Shown here: one piece after another, positions 58,531-64,000 of the stretch
Layout of the letters: every line of letters starts with the position of its first letter
Position numbering within the stretch: position 1 is the first letter of the stretch
Assembly (NCBI RefSeq): GCF_046119375.1
Contig: NW_027362771.1
Span: 5,022,001 to 5,086,000 of the forward strand
Reading direction: 5' to 3'
Origin: Phyllobates terribilis
Taxonomy: Eukaryota
Length of the DNA: 64,000 nt
Position numbers and translations under genes: made by a program
Notes under the pieces: generated by a model
What the model saw: only the letters and a program-made list of their open reading frames with translations
What the model was told of the DNA's origin: nothing
The model's database searches: none

Positions 58531-61500
58531 CATTAAAACCATCTTATTAAGCTACTGTGATCTCCACGTCTCTTCCAAGGGGCATTAAAACAGTCTTGTT
58601 AAACCACTCTGAACTCCACGTCTCTTCCAAGGTAGATTAAAACCGTCTTGTTAAGCTACTGTGAACTCCACGTCTCTTCCAAGGGGCATTAAAACCGTAT
58701 TGTTAAACCACTCTGAACTCCACGTCTCTTCCAAGGGGCATTAAAACAGTCTTGTTAAACCACTCTGAACTCCACATCTCTTCCAAGGGGCATTAAAACC
58801 ATCTTGTTAAGCTACTGTGACCTCCACGTCTCTTCCAAGGGGCATTAAAACAGTCTTGTTAAACCACTCTGAACTCCACGTCTCTTCCAAGGGGTAGTAA
58901 AACCATCTTGTTAAGCTACTGTGACCTCCACATCTCTTCCACGGGGCATTGATATTGTCTTTTTATTCCACTGTAACCTCCACCATTCTTCCAAGGGGCA
59001 TTAAAACGGTCTTGTTAAGCTACTGTGACTTCCACGTCTCTTCCAAGGGGCATTAAAACCGTCTTGATAAACCACTCTGAACTCCAGGTCTCTTCCAAGG
59101 GGCATTTAAACCGTCTTGTTAAACCACTCTGAACTCCACGTCTCTTCCAAGGGAGATTAAAACCGTCTTGTTAAGCTACTGTGACCTCCACGTCTCCTCC
59201 AAGGGCCATTAAAACCGTATTGTTAAACCACTCTGAACTCCACGTCTCTTCGAAGGGGCATTAAAACAGTCTTGTTAAGCTACTGTGACCTCTACGTCTC
59301 TTCCAAGGGGCATTAAAACCATCTTGTTAAACCACTCTGAACTCCACATCAATTCCAAGGGGCATTAAAACCGTCCTGTTAAGCTACTGTGACCTCCACG
59401 TCTCTTCCAAGGGGCATTAAAACAGTCTTGTTAAACCACTCTGAACTCAACGTCTCTTCCAAGGGAGATTAAAACCGTCTTGTTAAGCTACTGTGACCTC
59501 CACGTCTCCTCCAAGGGGCATTAAAACCGTATTGTTAAACCACTCTGAACTCCACGTCTCTTCCAAGGGGCATTAAAACAGTCTTGCTAAGCTACTGTGA
59601 CCTCCACGTCTCTTCCAAGGGGCATTAAAACCATCTTGTTAAACCACTCTGAACTTCACGTCTCTTCCAAGGGGCATTAAAACAGTCTTGTTAAGCTACT
59701 GTGACCTCCACGTCTCTTCCAAGGGGCATTAACACCATCTTGTTAAACCACTCTGAACTCCACGTCTCTTCCAAGGGGCATTAAAACAGCCTTGTTAAGC
59801 TACTGAGACCTCCACGTCTCTTCCAAGGGGCATTAACACCATCTTGTTAAACCACTCTGAACTCCACGTCTCTTCCAAGGGGCATTAAAACTGTCTTGTT
59901 AAGCTACTGTGACCTCCAAGTCTCTTGCAAGGGGCATTAAAACCATCTAGTTAAACCACTCTGAACTCCAGGTCTCTTCCAAGGGGCATTAAAACCGTCT
60001 TGTTAAACCACTCTGAACTCCACGTCTCTTCCAAGGGGCATTAAAACTGTCCTGTTAAGCTATTGTGATCTCCAAGTCTCTTCCAAGGGGCATTAAAACC
60101 GTCTTGTTAAACCACTCTAAACTCCAGGTCTCTTCCAAGGGAGATTAAAACCGTCTTGTTAAGCTACTGTGACCTCCACGTCTCCTCCAAGGGGCATTAA
60201 AACCGTATTGTTAAACCACTCTGAACTCCACGTTTCTTCCAAGGGGCATTAAAACCGTCTTGTTAAGCTAATGTGACCTCCACGTCTCTTCCACGGGGCA
60301 TTTATATTGTCTTTTTATTCCACTGTAACCTCCACCACTCTTCCAAGGGGCATTAAAACCGTCTTGTTAAGCTACTGTGACTTCCACGTCTCTTCCAAGG
60401 GGCATTAAAACCATCTTGTTAAACCACTCTGAACTCCAGGTCTCTTCCAAGGGGCATTAAAACCATCTTGTTAAACCACTCTGAACTCCACGTCTCTTCC
60501 AAGGGAGATTAAAAAAGTCTTGTTAAGCTACTGTGACCTCCACGTCTCCTCCAAGGGGCATTAAAACAGTCTTGTTAAACCACTCTGAACTCCACGTCTC
60601 TTCCAAGGGGCATTAAAACAGTATTGTTAAGCTACTGTGACCTCCACGTCTCTTCCAAGGGGCATTAAAACCATCTTGTTAAACCACTCTGAACTCCACA
60701 TCTCTTCCAAGGGGCATTAAAACCGTCCTGTTAAGCTACTGTGACCTCCACGTCTCTTCCAAGGGGCATTAAAACAGTCTTGTTAAACCACTCTGAACTC
60801 CACGTCTCTTTCAAGGGAGATTAAAACCGTCTTGTTAAGCTACTGTGACCTCCACGCCTCCTCCAAGGGGCATTAAAACCGTACTGTTAAACCACTCTGA
60901 ACTCCACGTCTCTTCCAAGGGGCATTAAAACAGTCTTGTTAAGCTACTGTGACCTCCACGTCTCTTCCAAGGGGCATTAAAACAGTCTTGTTAAACCACT
61001 CTGAACTCCACGTCTCTTCCAAGGGCATTAAAACAGTCTTGTTAAACTACTGTGACCTCTACGTCTCTTCCAAGGGGCATTAAAACCGTCTTGTTAAACC
61101 ACTCTGAACTCCACATCTCTTCCAAGGGAGATTAAAACCGTCTTGCTAAGCTACTGTGACCTCCACGTCTCCTCCAAGGGGCATTAAAACCGTATTGTTA
61201 AACCACTCTGAACTCCACGTCTCTTCCAAGGGGCATTAAAACCATCTTGTTAAACCACTCTGAACTCCACGTCTCTTCCAAGGGAGATTAAAACCGTCTT
61301 GTTAAGCTACTGTGACCTCCACGTCTCCTCCAAGGGGCATTAAAACCGTATTGTTAAAATACTCTGAACTCCACGTCTCTTCCAAGGGGCATTAAAACAG
61401 TCTTGCTAAGCTACTGTGACCTCCACATCTCTTCCAAGGGGCATTAAAACCATCTTGTTAAACCACTCTGAACTTCACGTCTCTTCCAAGGGGCATTAAA

Positions 61501-64000
61501 ACAGTCTTGTTAAGCTACTGTGACCTCCACGTCTCTTCCAAGGGGCATTAACACCATCTTGTTAAACCACTCTGAACTCCACGTCTCTTCCAAGGGGCAT
61601 TAAAACAGCCTTGTTAAGCTACTGTGACCTCCACGTCTTTTCCAAGGGGCATTAACACCATCTTGTTAAACCACTCTGAACTCCACGTCTCTTCCAAGGG
61701 GCATTAAAACTGTCTTGTTAAGCTATTGTGACCTCCAAGTCTCTTCCAAGGGGCATTAAAATCATCTAGTTAAACCACTCTGAACTCCAGGTCTCTTCCA
61801 AGGGGCATTAAAACCGTCTTGTTAAACCAATCTGAACTCCACGTCTCTTCCAAGGGGCATTAAAACCGTCTTGTTAAACCACTCTGAACTCCAGGTCTCT
61901 TCCAAGGGAGATTAAAACCGTCTTGTTAAGCTACTGTGACCTCCACGTCTCCTCCAAGGGGCATTAAAACCGTATTGTTAAACCACTCTGAACTCCACGT
62001 CTCTTCCAAGGGGCATTAAAACCGTCTTGTTAAGATACTGTGACCTCCACGTCTCTTCCACGGGGCATTGATATTGTCTTTTTATTCCACTGTAACCTCC
62101 ACCACTCTTCCAAGGGGCATTAAAACCGTCTTGTTAAGCTACTGTGACTTCCACGTCTCCTCCAAGGGGCATTAAAACCGTCTTGTTAAACCACTCTGAA
62201 CTCCAGGTCTCTTCCAAGGTGCATTAAAACCGTCTTGTTAAACCAATCTGAACTCCACGTCTCTTCCAAGGGAGATTAAAACCGTCTTGTTAAGCTACTG
62301 TGACCTCCACGTCTCCTCCAAGGGGCATTAAAACAGTCTTGTTAAACCACTCTGAACTCCACGTCACTTCCAAGGGGCATTAAAACAGTCTTGTTAAGCT
62401 ACTGTGACCTCCACGTCTCTTCCAAGGGGCATTAAAACCATCTTGTTAAACCACTCTGAACTCCACATCTCTTCCAAGGGGCATTTAAACCGTCCAGTTA
62501 AGCTACTGTGACCTCCACGTCTCTTCCAAGGGGCATTAAAACAGTCTTGTTAAACCACTCTGAACTCCACGTCTCTTCCAAGGGACATTAAAACCGTCTC
62601 GTTAAGCTACTGTGACCTCCACGTCTCCTCCAAGGGGCATTAAAACCGTATTGTTAAACCACTCTGAACTCCACGTCTCTTCCAAGGGGCATTAAAACAG
62701 TCTTGTTAAGCTACTGTGACCTCCACGTCTCCTCCAAGGGGCATTAAAACCGTATTGTTAAACCACTCTGAACTCCACGTCTCTTCCAAGGGGCATTAAA
62801 ACCGTCTTGTTAAGATACTGTGACCTCCACGTCTCTTCCACGGGGCATTGATATTGTCTTTTTATTCCACTGTAACCTCCACCACTCTTCCAAGGGGCAT
62901 TAAAACCGTCTTGTTAAGCTACTGTGACTTCCACGTCTCCTCCAAGGGGCATTAAAACCGTCTTGTTAAACCACTCTGAACTCCAGGTCTCTTCCAAGGT
63001 GCATTAAAACCGTCTTGTTAAACCAATCTGAACTCCACGTCTCTTCCAAGGGAGATTAAAACCGTCTTGTTAAGCTACTGTGACCTCCATGTCTCCTCCA
63101 AGGGGCATTAAAACAGTCTTGTTAAACCACTCTGAACTCCACGTCACTTCCAAGGGGCATTAAAACAGTCTTGTTAAGCTACTGTGACCTCCACGTCTCT
63201 TCCAAGGGGCATTAAAACCATCTTGTTAAACCACTCTGAACTCCACATCTCTTCCAAGGGGCATTTAAACCGTCCAGTTAAGCTACTGTGACCTCCACGT
63301 CTCTTCCAAGGGGCATTAAAACAGTCTTGTTAAACCACTCTGAACTCCACGTCTCTTCCAAGGGACATTAAAACCGTCTCGTTAAGCTACTGTGACCTCC
63401 ACGTCTCCTCCAAGGGGCATTAAAACCGTATTGTTAAACCACTCTGAACTCCACGTCTCTTCCAAGGGGCATTAAAACAGTCTTGTTAAGCTACTGTGAC
63501 CTCCACGTCTCTTCCAAGGGGCATTAAAACAGTCTTGTTAAACCACTCTGAACTCCACGTCTCTTCCAAGGGGCATTAAAACAGTCAGGTTAAGCTACTG
63601 TGACCTCCACGTCTCTTCCAAGGGGCATTAAAACCATCTTGTTAAACCACTCTGAACTCCACATCTCTTCCAAGGGGCATTAAAACTGTCTTGTTAAGCT
63701 ACTGTGACCTCCAAGTCTCTTCCAAGGGGCATTAAAACTGTCTTGTTAAACCACTCTGAACTCCACATCTCTTCCAAGGGGCATTAAAACCGTCCTGTTA
63801 AGCTACTGTGACCTCCACGTCTCTTCCAAGGGGCATTAAAACAGTCTTGTTAAACCACTCTGAACTCCACGTCTCTTCCAAGGGAGATTAAAAAAGTCTT
63901 GTTAAACTACTGTGACCTCCACGTCTCCTCCAAGGGGCATTAAAACAGTCTTGTTAAACCACTCTGAACTCCACGTCTCTTCCAAGGGGCATTAAAACAG
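58530..64000. repeat. 52-bp satellite, about 105 copies, two alternating monomer types
   Basis: Unit CTCTTCCAAGGGGCATTAAAACCGTCTTGTT plus AAGCTACTGTGACCTCCACGT or AAACCACTCTGAACTCCACGT. CTCCACG at 58562 and 58614. Confidence 0.97.

Larger units (their letters stand above)
54616..64000 (+). mobile_element. Second large hAT element, right end beyond the window
   Basis: TIR TAGTGTTGAGC at 54616, CGAGCA/TGCTCG subterminal repeats, transposase remnant, then satellite to the window end. Inclusion of the satellite in the element is inferred. Confidence 0.78.

Noticed and set aside
58530-64000. CRISPR-like repeat/spacer look of the 52-bp array
   Set aside because: The variable part has only two recurring types rather than unique spacers. 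No cas genes, and the context is eukaryotic.

Overview
Eukaryotic sequence, most consistent with an anuran (frog) genome; this is inferred from the repeat families, not proven. I see no host gene, rRNA, true tRNA or CRISPR array. The window is almost entirely nested transposable elements and their tandem arrays. LTR elements: three Gmr1-type Ty3/Gypsy copies (integrase upstream of RT, SCAN-like gag; one full-length with a CCAT TSD and tRNA-Ala PBS), a solo LTR, and a young pol-less LTR element (31205-35707, 5-bp TSD, near-identical LTRs) whose capsid-like gag fragment is in frame with about 7 copies of a 57-aa acidic repeat. DNA transposons: two large hAT elements sharing TAGTGTTGAGC ends, each with kb-scale hierarchical tandem arrays 3' of the transposase, plus a third hAT end, four Tc1 copies, and pogo-like and piggyBac-like MITEs. 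Non-LTR retroelements: CR1, L2 and L1 fragments, a V-SINE, and two Penelope-like elements, one with an inverted pseudo-LTR carrying hammerhead ribozyme motifs. The best leads are the gag-repeat LTR element, the satellite-carrying hATs (shared promoter layout, family-specific subterminal motifs) and the hammerheads. Coordinates and alignments were read by eye; novelty could not be checked against databases.
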